A stretch of 64,000 nt of DNA from Anaerolineae bacterium (GTDB lineage Bacteria; Chloroflexota; Anaerolineae; Fen-1058), in assembly GCA_046328575.1 (NCBI GenBank), contig JAXLWI010000003.1, positions 52 through 64,051 of the forward strand. Reading direction: 5' to 3'. Below the pieces are notes generated by a model, which did no database searches, was not told the DNA's origin, and worked only from the letters and a program-made list of their open reading frames with translations. A program made the translations under genes and the position numbers. Shown piece by piece: positions 16,514-25,682 of the stretch (position 1 is the stretch's first letter; each line of letters begins with the position of its first letter).

Positions 16514-19500
16514 ATGAAAACTACCTCTATAGCATCTAACTCGAGGGCGCAAGGTCTTGCCGACGGCCTCAGCCTAATGAGCCAGATTGGTCAGGCGATC
16601 GTTGCCACGCTGGAGCCAGGTGAACTCATCGAGGAAATCTACCATCAGACCCACAAGGTCATCCCGGCCAACACCTATACCCTCTCTTTGCTCACCGATG
16701 ACCCAAATTGGATAGACATGTTTGCGGTCGATGAAGGACAAATTGTCCAGGAGCGGCGGCATATCGGCACCCTCACCCGATGGGTGGTCGAGCATCGCAC
16801 ACCGTTTGCTACGCCCGATGATCAAAGGCAACCTCCTCCGGTAGCGGTCACGCGAATCGAGACTGGTGTCGCTGATGAACCGCGGGCCTACATTCTCATC
16901 CCGATGGTTACCCACGATAAAGTCGTCGGCGTCATCTCGGTTCAAAGTTATGAGCCGGATGCTTTCAATGACGTGCATCTTGCCATGCTGTCGGCCATCG
17001 CCAGCCACTCGGCGATTGTGATAGAGAATAACCGTCTGCTGGCGCAGGCCCAGCATCGTGCTGCCGAACTGGCCAGTTTGGAGCGGATCGGCTACGAACT
17101 GGCGCGCCTGACGAACATCGAGGATGTGCTCAAGAAGATCATTACCGAGGCCAAAGACCTGCTCAACGCCGACTCCATGTCGATCTTTGCGTATGATGAG
17201 CGGCGCGGCAAGTTTCGACCCCCGACCTTTCTTCTCAAACCCGGAGCCGTCGGGCCGGTCGCACGTGAACGACCACCGCGCGAGGCTGGTCTGACGATCA
17301 GGATTGTTCGACATCACTGTGCCATTTTTACCGAAGTCAAGGCGGACGGTCAAGTGCAGTTTGCAGAGATCCCGATCGGTCAAAACTTCGAAGTGGCACA
17401 ACGGAAGACCTTTGAGTTTACCGACCAGGACACACTCGAATTCTTGCAGGCGCAGAATGTTCGCTCGTCCATCGGCTTTCCACTCAGCGCGGGTCGGGAT
17501 ATTGTGGGCGTGCTGTACGTCAACTACCAGCAGCCGCATGCCTTTGGCCAGGATGAGTTGCAGACCATTGGTCGATTGGCGCAATATGCGGGCACGGCGA
17601 TCCAACGGGCCAATGTGTATGGTGAGATCCGAGCGCTGCATCAAGCGGGCCACGCGCTGACCGGGCAAACCGAGATGCGGGCCGTGCTCAACAAACTCGT
17701 GGAATATGGGCACGAGGTGCTAGGGGCCGATCTGATTACGGTCTTCCCTTATCATGCCGGGGCGGACGAATTCGAACTGCCGCCGGTCGTGTCGGGCACG
17801 GCTTTGGCCCCCGACAATCTCTTACCGCCACAAATCAGGTCCGATGATACTGTACGCCGGATCGTGACCGAGACAAGCGCCCACTTCAGTCGGGATGCGC
17901 AGACGGATCCTTTGTTGGCAGGGTTCGATCCGGTCTTGCGGCAGTCCCGCTTCGTCACTCGCGAGCAGATTGCATCGGCGGCGGCGATTCCCTTGCGAAC
18001 CAATGGTGATGTCGTCGGCGCTCTGTTCTTCAATTATCGCACCCGGCAACGATTTGGTTCTCATCAGCGTACGCTGATCGAAACCTTTGCGGCGTATGCG
18101 GCGACGGCTATTCAACGGGCCCGATTGCTAGACCGCCGCCTCAAGGAGTTGCGTGCGCTGGCCGAGATTGATGCGGCGATCACATCGGGCAGTCTGCGAG
18201 ATGTGCTGAACAAAATCATTCAGTCAGCGTGTGAGATCGTGGGCGCCAAAGATGGCAACATTCTGTTGTTGCACGAAAGCGGGCAGTATCTGTATCTTGC
18301 TGCCCGTCAAGGTGAGGTGTGGCGCAGTGGCGCGCCGGAACGATTTGAGATTGGTAAGACCGGCGTGCAGGGCTGGGGCGCCGTGCACAAGAAACCAGCC
18401 CGGATTGGCAATGTGCATACCGAGGAACCGTGGAAGAATATTTACCTCGAAGTGATCCCCGGCATCCAATCGGAATTGAGTGTGCCGATCTTGGACGAGG
18501 AGAAGCAACTGGTTGGGATCATCATTTTGGAAAGTAAGGCGGCTCACGCCTTTTCGGCGGACGATGAGCGGTTGCTCGAGGCCTTGGCCGGGCAAGCCTA
18601 TATTGCCATTCGCAACCGGCGTCAATTCGAGGCTGAGCAGCGCGCGCTCCGCGAACTGCATCTGCTGAGAGAGATTGACAGCGCCGTCAGTTCGACACTC
18701 AACCATCAGGCGGTGCTGCAATTTATTGTAGACAAGAGCGATGTTCTGATTGATGCGCCTATCTTCACAGTGATGCTGTATGACGAACGGCGCGGCGATT
18801 TGTATCAAGCAGCGGGACGAGGCATAGTTGCAGATCACAAGTATCATCGTCAGAAGATGGGTACGGGGATCGTAGGGCAAGTGGCGTTGACACGCAGGAG
18901 CGTGCGGGTCGGTGATGTCACTACACTTGCGCAGAATGAAGGCTTTCTACCAGATATGCTCGATACTCGTTCAGAGCTAGCGGTTCCCATCCTGCAAGGT
19001 GACCAATTTGTTGGCGTGCTGAACGTCGAAAGCCCTGAAGTTGACGCGTTCAATGCGGACGATGAACGACTGTTGAAAAGTCTGGGATCGCTGGTCGCTG
19101 TCGCGATCCAAAACAGCCGCCTCTATGAACAGGAACAGCGCGCCCGCCAGGTGATTGATATCTTGCGCGAAGTCGACCAGGCGATTGCCTTCTTAGCAGT
19201 GACTCAACCGGAGAACCTGGCAGACGAATTGAGCCCCATACTGCAAATCCTCCTCAATCGTGGCTTGGATGCGGTGCACGCGCCGGCTGGCAATATTATG
19301 CTGTATGATGATGCCACCGATGATTTATACATGGCGGTCGAGCGTGGTGTGCTGCCCGAACACCGCACCGCCCGCCAGAAGATCGGCGAGGGCGTCGTGG
19401 GCCGCGTCGCAATTGATAAACGAACGTTGCGTATAGATGATGTGAATGTGCCGCCGTGGGATACAGTCTATCAAGGCTACATCTCCGACGTTCGATCTGA

Positions 19501-21430
19501 ACTCGCCGTGCCACTGGTATACAAAGACCGCCTGGTCGGCGTCCTCAACGCCGAAAGCCCACTGGTAAGCGCGTTCGGACCTGAAGATGAGGACCTCTTC
19601 GAAGCCCTGGCCGGGCAAGCCGTGATTGCCTATTTGAACGCCGAACGGTATCAGGCCTTGCAAACCCTTCGCGAAGTCAACCAATTGTTGGCCTCAGGCC
19701 ATGACTCCAACGACGTGCTGAAGTTGATCCTTATCTATACCTGTACCAACTTCCGAGTGGAGTGGGGGAACTTGCGGCTATTTGACCATACAGGACAGCC
19801 GATCCTCGATTACGTCCTGGTTACCTCGGCGCTGGGCATTGACCCGGAAGTACGGGTGATTGAAATTCGACGCGCAACTCATGAAAAATGGCTAGAGAAG
19901 GGCATCGTCAGCTGGGTCGCACAACAACGTGAACTGTTCCGCTCGCAGGGCAATGTGCAGGCAGATCCGCGCTTTCAGAGCTATCCTGGCCTCGAGATTC
20001 GTTCGGAAATGGCTGCGCCGCTGTTGGTTGGCTCAGATCTAGTTGGCGTGTTGAACCTGGAAAGCCAACGTCTAAATGCATTTGATGCAAACGATGAAGA
20101 CCGCATGCGCGACTTCAGTGCGCAGGCCGCACTGGCCGTGCAGAATGCGCGTAATTTGGCCGAGTTGCAAGAGAGCGAGGGGCGCTTTTCAGCCCTCTAT
20201 GAAGTAGGGAGTGAGATTATCACGGCTCCTTTGGATGAACTCAAGATCCTTGAGATTGTTCTGAGTGCCGGACTGAACCGCACGGGGGGCTTCCACGCAA
20301 TTGCCTGGCAACCCGATCGAGAGGGCAAACAATTGGAGGCGCGTCTGGTGCGGGGCGAGCAGCAAGCCGAGCCGCATGAGCCTATTGCACGCGACAGCAC
20401 ACTCGTTAACAGCGTGGCATGGCAAAAGCGGTCAGCGATCCTGGTCGACGATGTGACCGTGCCACCGGAAGGGACAAAGCATCGGCCTGGACATACGCGG
20501 ACCGGCTCAATGCTGGTGGTGCCGATGATGGCAGGGGAAGAGTATTTCGGTAACCTGGATTTTCGGCACAAAGACCCGCACGGATTCAAACAGGAAGAGA
20601 TTCGATTACTCAATGGCTTGGCCGCGCAGGCCGCCAATTCGATACGCCGTATCCGCCGTGAGAATGAGTTGAAGTCAATCTTACAGAAACAGTTTAACGA
20701 ATTACAAGATGCTTATGATGAATTAAGGATCGCTGACCGGCAAAAGTTGGAGTTTCTCGCGATTGCCTCTCACGAGCTGCGCAAACCATTAACTCCACTT
20801 CGTGTTGTCTTAGAACGGGCCGTTTTGGGTGAATACTCGCCATTAGAATTGCTGGATAAAATGCGGCTCGCCCTTGATCGTACCCAGCATCTAACAGGTA
20901 TCGTCGATCAACTTCTGAATATCGCTAGGATTGAAGCTGGCAAGATTAAGCCTGAGTTTGGAACTCATAGTGTAGTTGACTTGATAAAAAGATCGTTAAC
21001 AAGTATTCAGCATGTTGCCGAGAATAAAGGCATTCAGCTAATATCTGAATTGCCAACCGAATCGATCACCGCCGAAATCGATCAAGGTAAAATTAGCCAA
21101 GTGCTTGATAACCTCCTAGACAATGCTCTCAAACATACCGAGGCAGGCGGTTGTATTACAGTTTCATGTATTCACCTCAAGCCTGAAGACGACGTCATCC
21201 TCTGCGTCCGTGACACTGGAGAAGGAATACCAGAGAAGGAATACAAGCGAATCTTTGACTGGTTTTATCAGGTCGATCCTTCCCTGACGCGCTCCATTGA
21301 AGGTTTGGGCGTTGGGTTGTATGTCGCTAAAAAGTATATCGATATGCATGGCGGTCAGATCACGGTGAAAAGCGAGGTCGGCAAAGGCAGCACCTTCACT
21401 GTCTTGTTGCCGGCACGTCAGAAGGCATAA
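16514..21430 (+). CDS. Sensor histidine kinase, paralog of 7995-12887 with eight GAF domains but a classical HisKA (LEFLAIASHELRKPLTPL) + HATPase_c core
   Basis: Residues ~1-1340 are ~85-90% identical to the first kinase, then diverge into a PhoR/EnvZ-type core. Start set at ATG 16514 (MKTTSIAS...) by alignment with the paralog; the ORF-track start at 16439 overlaps the previous gene. Confidence 0.85.
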   Translation: MKTTSIASNSRAQGLADGLSLMSQIGQAIVATLEPGELIEEIYHQTHKVIPANTYTLSLLTDDPNWIDMFAVDEGQIVQERRHIGTLTRWVVEHRTPFATPDDQRQPPPVAVTRIETGVADEPRAYILIPMVTHDKVVGVISVQSYEPDAFNDVHLAMLSAIASHSAIVIENNRLLAQAQHRAAELASLERIGYELARLTNIEDVLKKIITEAKDLLNADSMSIFAYDERRGKFRPPTFLLKPGAVGPVARERPPREAGLTIRIVRHHCAIFTEVKADGQVQFAEIPIGQNFEVAQRKTFEFTDQDTLEFLQAQNVRSSIGFPLSAGRDIVGVLYVNYQQPHAFGQDELQTIGRLAQYAGTAIQRANVYGEIRALHQAGHALTGQTEMRAVLNKLVEYGHEVLGADLITVFPYHAGADEFELPPVVSGTALAPDNLLPPQIRSDDTVRRIVTETSAHFSRDAQTDPLLAGFDPVLRQSRFVTREQIASAAAIPLRTNGDVVGALFFNYRTRQRFGSHQRTLIETFAAYAATAIQRARLLDRRLKELRALAEIDAAITSGSLRDVLNKIIQSACEIVGAKDGNILLLHESGQYLYLAARQGEVWRSGAPERFEIGKTGVQGWGAVHKKPARIGNVHTEEPWKNIYLEVIPGIQSELSVPILDEEKQLVGIIILESKAAHAFSADDERLLEALAGQAYIAIRNRRQFEAEQRALRELHLLREIDSAVSSTLNHQAVLQFIVDKSDVLIDAPIFTVMLYDERRGDLYQAAGRGIVADHKYHRQKMGTGIVGQVALTRRSVRVGDVTTLAQNEGFLPDMLDTRSELAVPILQGDQFVGVLNVESPEVDAFNADDERLLKSLGSLVAVAIQNSRLYEQEQRARQVIDILREVDQAIAFLAVTQPENLADELSPILQILLNRGLDAVHAPAGNIMLYDDATDDLYMAVERGVLPEHRTARQKIGEGVVGRVAIDKRTLRIDDVNVPPWDTVYQGYISDVRSELAVPLVYKDRLVGVLNAESPLVSAFGPEDEDLFEALAGQAVIAYLNAERYQALQTLREVNQLLASGHDSNDVLKLILIYTCTNFRVEWGNLRLFDHTGQPILDYVLVTSALGIDPEVRVIEIRRATHEKWLEKGIVSWVAQQRELFRSQGNVQADPRFQSYPGLEIRSEMAAPLLVGSDLVGVLNLESQRLNAFDANDEDRMRDFSAQAALAVQNARNLAELQESEGRFSALYEVGSEIITAPLDELKILEIVLSAGLNRTGGFHAIAWQPDREGKQLEARLVRGEQQAEPHEPIARDSTLVNSVAWQKRSAILVDDVTVPPEGTKHRPGHTRTGSMLVVPMMAGEEYFGNLDFRHKDPHGFKQEEIRLLNGLAAQAANSIRRIRRENELKSILQKQFNELQDAYDELRIADRQKLEFLAIASHELRKPLTPLRVVLERAVLGEYSPLELLDKMRLALDRTQHLTGIVDQLLNIARIEAGKIKPEFGTHSVVDLIKRSLTSIQHVAENKGIQLISELPTESITAEIDQGKISQVLDNLLDNALKHTEAGGCITVSCIHLKPEDDVILCVRDTGEGIPEKEYKRIFDWFYQVDPSLTRSIEGLGVGLYVAKKYIDMHGGQITVKSEVGKGSTFTVLLPARQKA

Positions 21431-21448
21431 ACAAGCTGGAGGCTTCAC

Positions 21449-22963
21449 TTGTCGCAAAATCTCCGGATCCTCATCATCGATGATGATCTCATTGCAACTC
21501 AAGAACTCAAAGAAGCCCTTGAATATGAAGGGTATTCAGTCAGCATAGCATCCGGTGGAGTGGATGGTGTGCGCCTTGCAGAAGAGCTGCTTCCGAGCCT
21601 CATCATCTTGGATGTGATGATGCCGGGAATGGACGGCTTTGAAGTCTGCCGCCTGCTTCAAGCAGGGGCTGAAACGGCGAAAATTCCGATTCTCATGTTG
21701 ACCGCTCGCACTGAAGTACAGGACAGGATCAGCGGGCGCGACCGGGGTGCAATCGTTTATATGACCAAGCCGTACTCGATAAGCGAGCTGCGCGCTCAGG
21801 TCAGGGTTCTGCTCCATCGTTTCCCTAACCCACACCGCTCAGAGTTATCGATCACATACAATAGTCAGCAGGTATTCTCCTTCCAGCTACTGGGTGTTAC
21901 AACGTATGCCAGTGACGGGCGGCATATTCCCCTCGCTCTGGTGGATCTCAATCAAGAACTCGTAGACGTGGGAGATCGAATCAGTGCCTTCCAGAAACTC
22001 CTGGCAGATGCTCCTTCTGACGAACAAAGTGCGCAGTACCATGAAAAACGTGATGTCTGGCGACGGCAAGTTAAGAAGCGCGGCAAAGAACTCCACGATC
22101 AATTCGTCGCCGCCAACTCGGATCTGGTCGAGCAGTTTGGCTTGGCGAAACAAGTATTACGATCAGATGACTTACTTGTCCGCTTTATTGGGCCGCGAGC
22201 GCATCTTGGCCTGCCGTGGGAGCTGCTCCATGACGGCGAGCACGTGCCGTTGGTAATCATGCATCCATCCTGTCGGACAGTAACAAGTATTCATTCTCGT
22301 CACAAGCACGATTCATGGAGTGCCTTCCTCGACAGACTAGATTCCGAGCCGCTGCGTGTTCTGTTGCTTGCTTCGAGTTCAGGCACACCGCTTGAAGAAA
22401 TTCAATATTTAGGTCAATGGTTTAAGCAAGCATTTCGAGATAGGGTAGTTGTCGAACCTGATCCGCCGATAGTTTTGTCCCGACAACAGGCTGAAATCTT
22501 GCTGCGCAAAAAGTCGTTCCACCTCATTCACTACGCCGGTCATAGCAGCTTTGACGGGGTGCGCCCAGATCAAAGCGGGTTACGATTTGGCTCAAAGAGG
22601 GACGATCTGATCACGGCTGGGTGTCTATATGATCTGCTGCTTGATTCGCCGGCCCGGTTGGTTTTCTTGAATTCGTGCGCAGGCGCGCAAGTTGGTGATC
22701 TTGAACGACTCAAAGACAATGATTTTCTGGGCCTAATTGATGTAGCGGTCGTGGCCGGCGTGCCCGCTGTCTTGGGTTTTCGCTGGAATGTGACGAATGC
22801 CGCATCGTTCGAGTTCGCCAAACAGTTCTATGGTCACCTGCTTGAAACTCGGTCTTTGGAGCAAGCGACCTGGCTGACTCGCAAGAGCATCTATCGTGCT
22901 AACGGATGGGACGAAACCTGGCTCTCTCCTATCTTGGTCGTCCAAAATCCTCAATCCTTCTAA
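21449..22963 (+). CDS. Response regulator: receiver domain fused to a CHAT (caspase-like) peptidase domain (second copy)
   Basis: TTG start with SD GCTGGAGG. Canonical receiver (ILIIDDD, LIILDVMMPGMDG, LMLTART, YMTKPY). CHAT motifs HLIHYAGHSSF (His) and LVFLNSCAGAQ (Cys). Confidence 0.75.
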   Translation: MSQNLRILIIDDDLIATQELKEALEYEGYSVSIASGGVDGVRLAEELLPSLIILDVMMPGMDGFEVCRLLQAGAETAKIPILMLTARTEVQDRISGRDRGAIVYMTKPYSISELRAQVRVLLHRFPNPHRSELSITYNSQQVFSFQLLGVTTYASDGRHIPLALVDLNQELVDVGDRISAFQKLLADAPSDEQSAQYHEKRDVWRRQVKKRGKELHDQFVAANSDLVEQFGLAKQVLRSDDLLVRFIGPRAHLGLPWELLHDGEHVPLVIMHPSCRTVTSIHSRHKHDSWSAFLDRLDSEPLRVLLLASSSGTPLEEIQYLGQWFKQAFRDRVVVEPDPPIVLSRQQAEILLRKKSFHLIHYAGHSSFDGVRPDQSGLRFGSKRDDLITAGCLYDLLLDSPARLVFLNSCAGAQVGDLERLKDNDFLGLIDVAVVAGVPAVLGFRWNVTNAASFEFAKQFYGHLLETRSLEQATWLTRKSIYRANGWDETWLSPILVVQNPQSF

Positions 22964-22974
22964 GGAGAACTAAC

Positions 22975-23331
22975 ATGTCTGACCAGCAACCTTCCGATAG
23001 TATCATCGTTTACACCATGCCAGACGTAAGCGAAAAGACCAATGATTATGATCAGATGCGCGGTGATTATGATCAAGAGAGAAAGTGGTTTGGTTCTCCA
23101 AAGCCAACTACAGTCTCATCCGTGAAACTTCAACAGCAGATCAATGTCTTTCTAGTCCAAATGGGCGAAGCGTTGAAAGAAACACCGGCTGAAGTAGGCG
23201 GATTCAAATTAAATGAAATCGAAATCTCGGCCGGAATCACGGCCGGCTTGGAGATTGCGCTGATTGGGTTGGGCAGCGCCAAAGGTGAACTCACGGGGGG
23301 ATTACGCTTTACGTTTAAGCGTTCAGAATGA
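22975..23331 (+). CDS. Small (118 aa) protein resembling the Trypco2 / CU044_2847-type domain that co-occurs with trypsin/CHAT peptidases in conflict systems
   Basis: Strong SD AAGGAGA 6 nt before ATG 22975. C-terminal half (FKLNEIEISAGITAGLEIALIGLGSAKGELTGGLRFTFKR) matches the alternating beta-strand pattern I recall for Trypco2; from memory, not a search. Stop overlaps the next start (ATGA). Confidence 0.4.
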   Translation: MSDQQPSDSIIVYTMPDVSEKTNDYDQMRGDYDQERKWFGSPKPTTVSSVKLQQQINVFLVQMGEALKETPAEVGGFKLNEIEISAGITAGLEIALIGLGSAKGELTGGLRFTFKRSE

Positions 23332-24743
23332 AGTCTGAAGTCCCACTCACCGCCTCGTATCGATACGCCGAGGTAACCCAAATCTTTCGCCGGGTGAAAG
23401 CCGGCGATTCATGCATGGTCGTCGGCGTGAGCGGCATGGCCAAATCGAATCTGTTTCGACATATCGCTAGACCTGAGATAAGAGAAATATTCTTGGGCTT
23501 GACCTGGCAAAACTACGGGTTTGCGTCGACGGATGTGCATGCCCTCGCGAATCCCAATGAGGCGGGATTATATGAATCTATCTTGCGTAATCTGATACGA
23601 GACACCAAGGAATTAGGCCTAGCAGGCAACGACCTACTCACTTCTGTACAGACTCAGTTTGTGCAACTAGAACGCTTGACGACTGACCGTGAGTTGCCTC
23701 AAGCGCAACGCGCTTTTTTGACGGCGATGGATCTATTCGCGACTAACAGGCAACTACATTTCGTCATACTGCTTGATCAATTCGATGAGATTTTTCCACA
23801 TTTGTCCGCCCGCTGCTTTACCACCTTACGGCATTTGCGAGATCAGCTAAAGTATCGGCTGTCATATATAGTCTTTACACGTGAAGATCTGTCTCGCCGA
23901 GGTCACAATGCAGGAGTTGAAGAATTCACTGAACTACTCACGCCCGCAGTCCTCTGGCTAGGGACCTACTCGCGAGAAGACGCCCAAACTGAAATACGGC
24001 GTGTAGCGGCACGATATGGGATCAAGCCCGATTTTCGCGTAAGTGATCGCTTGATCGATCTCACAGATGGTCATTCCGGGTTGCTGAAGGCAGCTTATCA
24101 GGCTGTAATCGATGGGCGTGCAAACATAGAACTGAATGACAGCGCCATCAGTCTACTAAAGGATTCCAATGTTCAGACGGAATGCATGAAACTCTGGAGT
24201 AGCCTCACCTCAAAAGAGCAGACAACGTTAGTCAGAGCTGCGCTCGGGGGTGAGGTCGGTTCTCCAGTTAACGATACTATCGAGTATCTTGAGCGCAAGT
24301 CTCTACTAACAAAATCCGGTGGTCACTATAAGATTTTCTGCTCATTGTTCGCTGACTTTCTCGTTCAGCAAGCCAGTGGTTCATTTCAAAATCTCACTCC
24401 AGCAGCGGTAAAAACTCACCAAGGTACGCCCAGGAATTTGAAACTCCGTATTGAGACTGAAACGCGGACCGCCTGGCTTGGCTATCAGGAACTCAAGCTA
24501 ACTCCCAATGAGTACAAACTGCTGGACTTGTTGTATCACCGCCGAGGAGCCGTTTGTAGTCGAGACGAGATCGTCCGGCAGGTTTACTCTGTTCGAGTGG
24601 TCGATCCTGCTACGGGTATTGACGATAGTCGTGTCGATACGTTGGTAAGCCGGCTACGAGGAAAGATAAAGGGCGCGGGAGGCGATCCGCACATTGTTAC
24701 GACAGTGTGGGGACAAGGCTTCAAATTAGAAAACGACGAGTAA
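23328..24743 (+). CDS. P-loop NTPase (AAA/STAND-like) fused to a C-terminal OmpR/PhoB-type winged-helix DNA-binding domain
   Basis: Walker A-like VVGVSGMAKSN, Walker B HFVILLDQFDE. C-terminal ~100 aa with trans_reg_C pattern (LTPNEYKLLDLL...VDTLVSRLRGKI...IVTTVWGQGFKL). Confidence 0.65.
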   Translation: MKSEVPLTASYRYAEVTQIFRRVKAGDSCMVVGVSGMAKSNLFRHIARPEIREIFLGLTWQNYGFASTDVHALANPNEAGLYESILRNLIRDTKELGLAGNDLLTSVQTQFVQLERLTTDRELPQAQRAFLTAMDLFATNRQLHFVILLDQFDEIFPHLSARCFTTLRHLRDQLKYRLSYIVFTREDLSRRGHNAGVEEFTELLTPAVLWLGTYSREDAQTEIRRVAARYGIKPDFRVSDRLIDLTDGHSGLLKAAYQAVIDGRANIELNDSAISLLKDSNVQTECMKLWSSLTSKEQTTLVRAALGGEVGSPVNDTIEYLERKSLLTKSGGHYKIFCSLFADFLVQQASGSFQNLTPAAVKTHQGTPRNLKLRIETETRTAWLGYQELKLTPNEYKLLDLLYHRRGAVCSRDEIVRQVYSVRVVDPATGIDDSRVDTLVSRLRGKIKGAGGDPHIVTTVWGQGFKLENDE

Positions 24744-24764
24744 CGCTAGTTTCGCGTTGCCGAA

Positions 24765-25628
24765 TCAATCTAGTTGACTTCGTGGTCGTTTGCGAGGGGA
24801 AGTAGATGGGGGAGTTGGTGCCGTTCCCTCAGCTGGCAACGATGATGGGAAGGATGTTGCAGCCGGACGGGCAATCTTACGTGGTATAGACTGGCTGTCT
24901 TTATCGGGTACAACTATATCCGTTAGGTCAGGCATATTGATGTATTGCTTTCCACCTGCCATAGCTTGCATTGCCTCAATAGCTTCTGTACGCATCGCCT
25001 GTGTTAATTCATAGGGCTCATATTGGCTGAGATCTTGAACATTGACGCCCCGCTGTACCACCGCCTCAAATCGGCTTTGTAGCGCTAGGGGAACCTTAAC
25101 TCGGAGCACCATACCAAAGAGCGGCTTTAATGCTAGTGGCTGAAGACGGCTGGTCAAAACGGCCAAGAATTTCTGCTCCAGCGGCACAAACACTTCTCCT
25201 CGACAAACCTGTTCGGCGTAGAATTCTGGCATTGCCGCCTGCAGCGCTCGCTGAGCGTTGTCTGTCACAATTGCCCGGCGAACAAGCTGCGGCCACTTGA
25301 CGAAGAGAGCTATCTTTTCATGTGGCACTGAGAATGGCTCAAAAACGTAAGCCAGCGCGATTGATAGATCGAGTTGTAGGGCATCGCGAGTTTGGACACT
25401 CGGAATAGGGACTGAGATGAAATCTGGCGCTACGCTGATGACAGAGCGTACTGTCTGAGTAAACGGATTAATCCGGAAAAAACCAGGCCCCATTACTTTG
25501 TCATACTGTTCTAGACGATAAATTACGGCGAGCTCATAGTCACCGACCCAACGTATACCAAAGGGACGTCCAAGGCGAAGTAACAACCGATAAACCATCG
25601 GGGGCCGAGTGTCATGTGAGTCCTTCAT
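24765..25628 (-). CDS. SPFH/band-7-like domain protein with low-complexity Pro/Ser/Thr-rich C-terminus
   Basis: YRLEQYDKVMGPGFFRINPFTQTVRSVISVAPDFISVPIPSVQTRDALQLDLSIALAYV resembles the prohibitin-homology core. Start placed at ATG 25628 (MKDSHD) after CTAGGAGGG. Confidence 0.45.
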   Translation of the reverse strand: MKDSHDTRPPMVYRLLLRLGRPFGIRWVGDYELAVIYRLEQYDKVMGPGFFRINPFTQTVRSVISVAPDFISVPIPSVQTRDALQLDLSIALAYVFEPFSVPHEKIALFVKWPQLVRRAIVTDNAQRALQAAMPEFYAEQVCRGEVFVPLEQKFLAVLTSRLQPLALKPLFGMVLRVKVPLALQSRFEAVVQRGVNVQDLSQYEPYELTQAMRTEAIEAMQAMAGGKQYINMPDLTDIVVPDKDSQSIPRKIARPAATSFPSSLPAEGTAPTPPSTSPRKRPRSQLD

Positions 25629-25682
25629 AGAATACCCTCCTAGCATACCAAAAGAATGTCTTTGTGCTCGTTAAGCCCTGAC

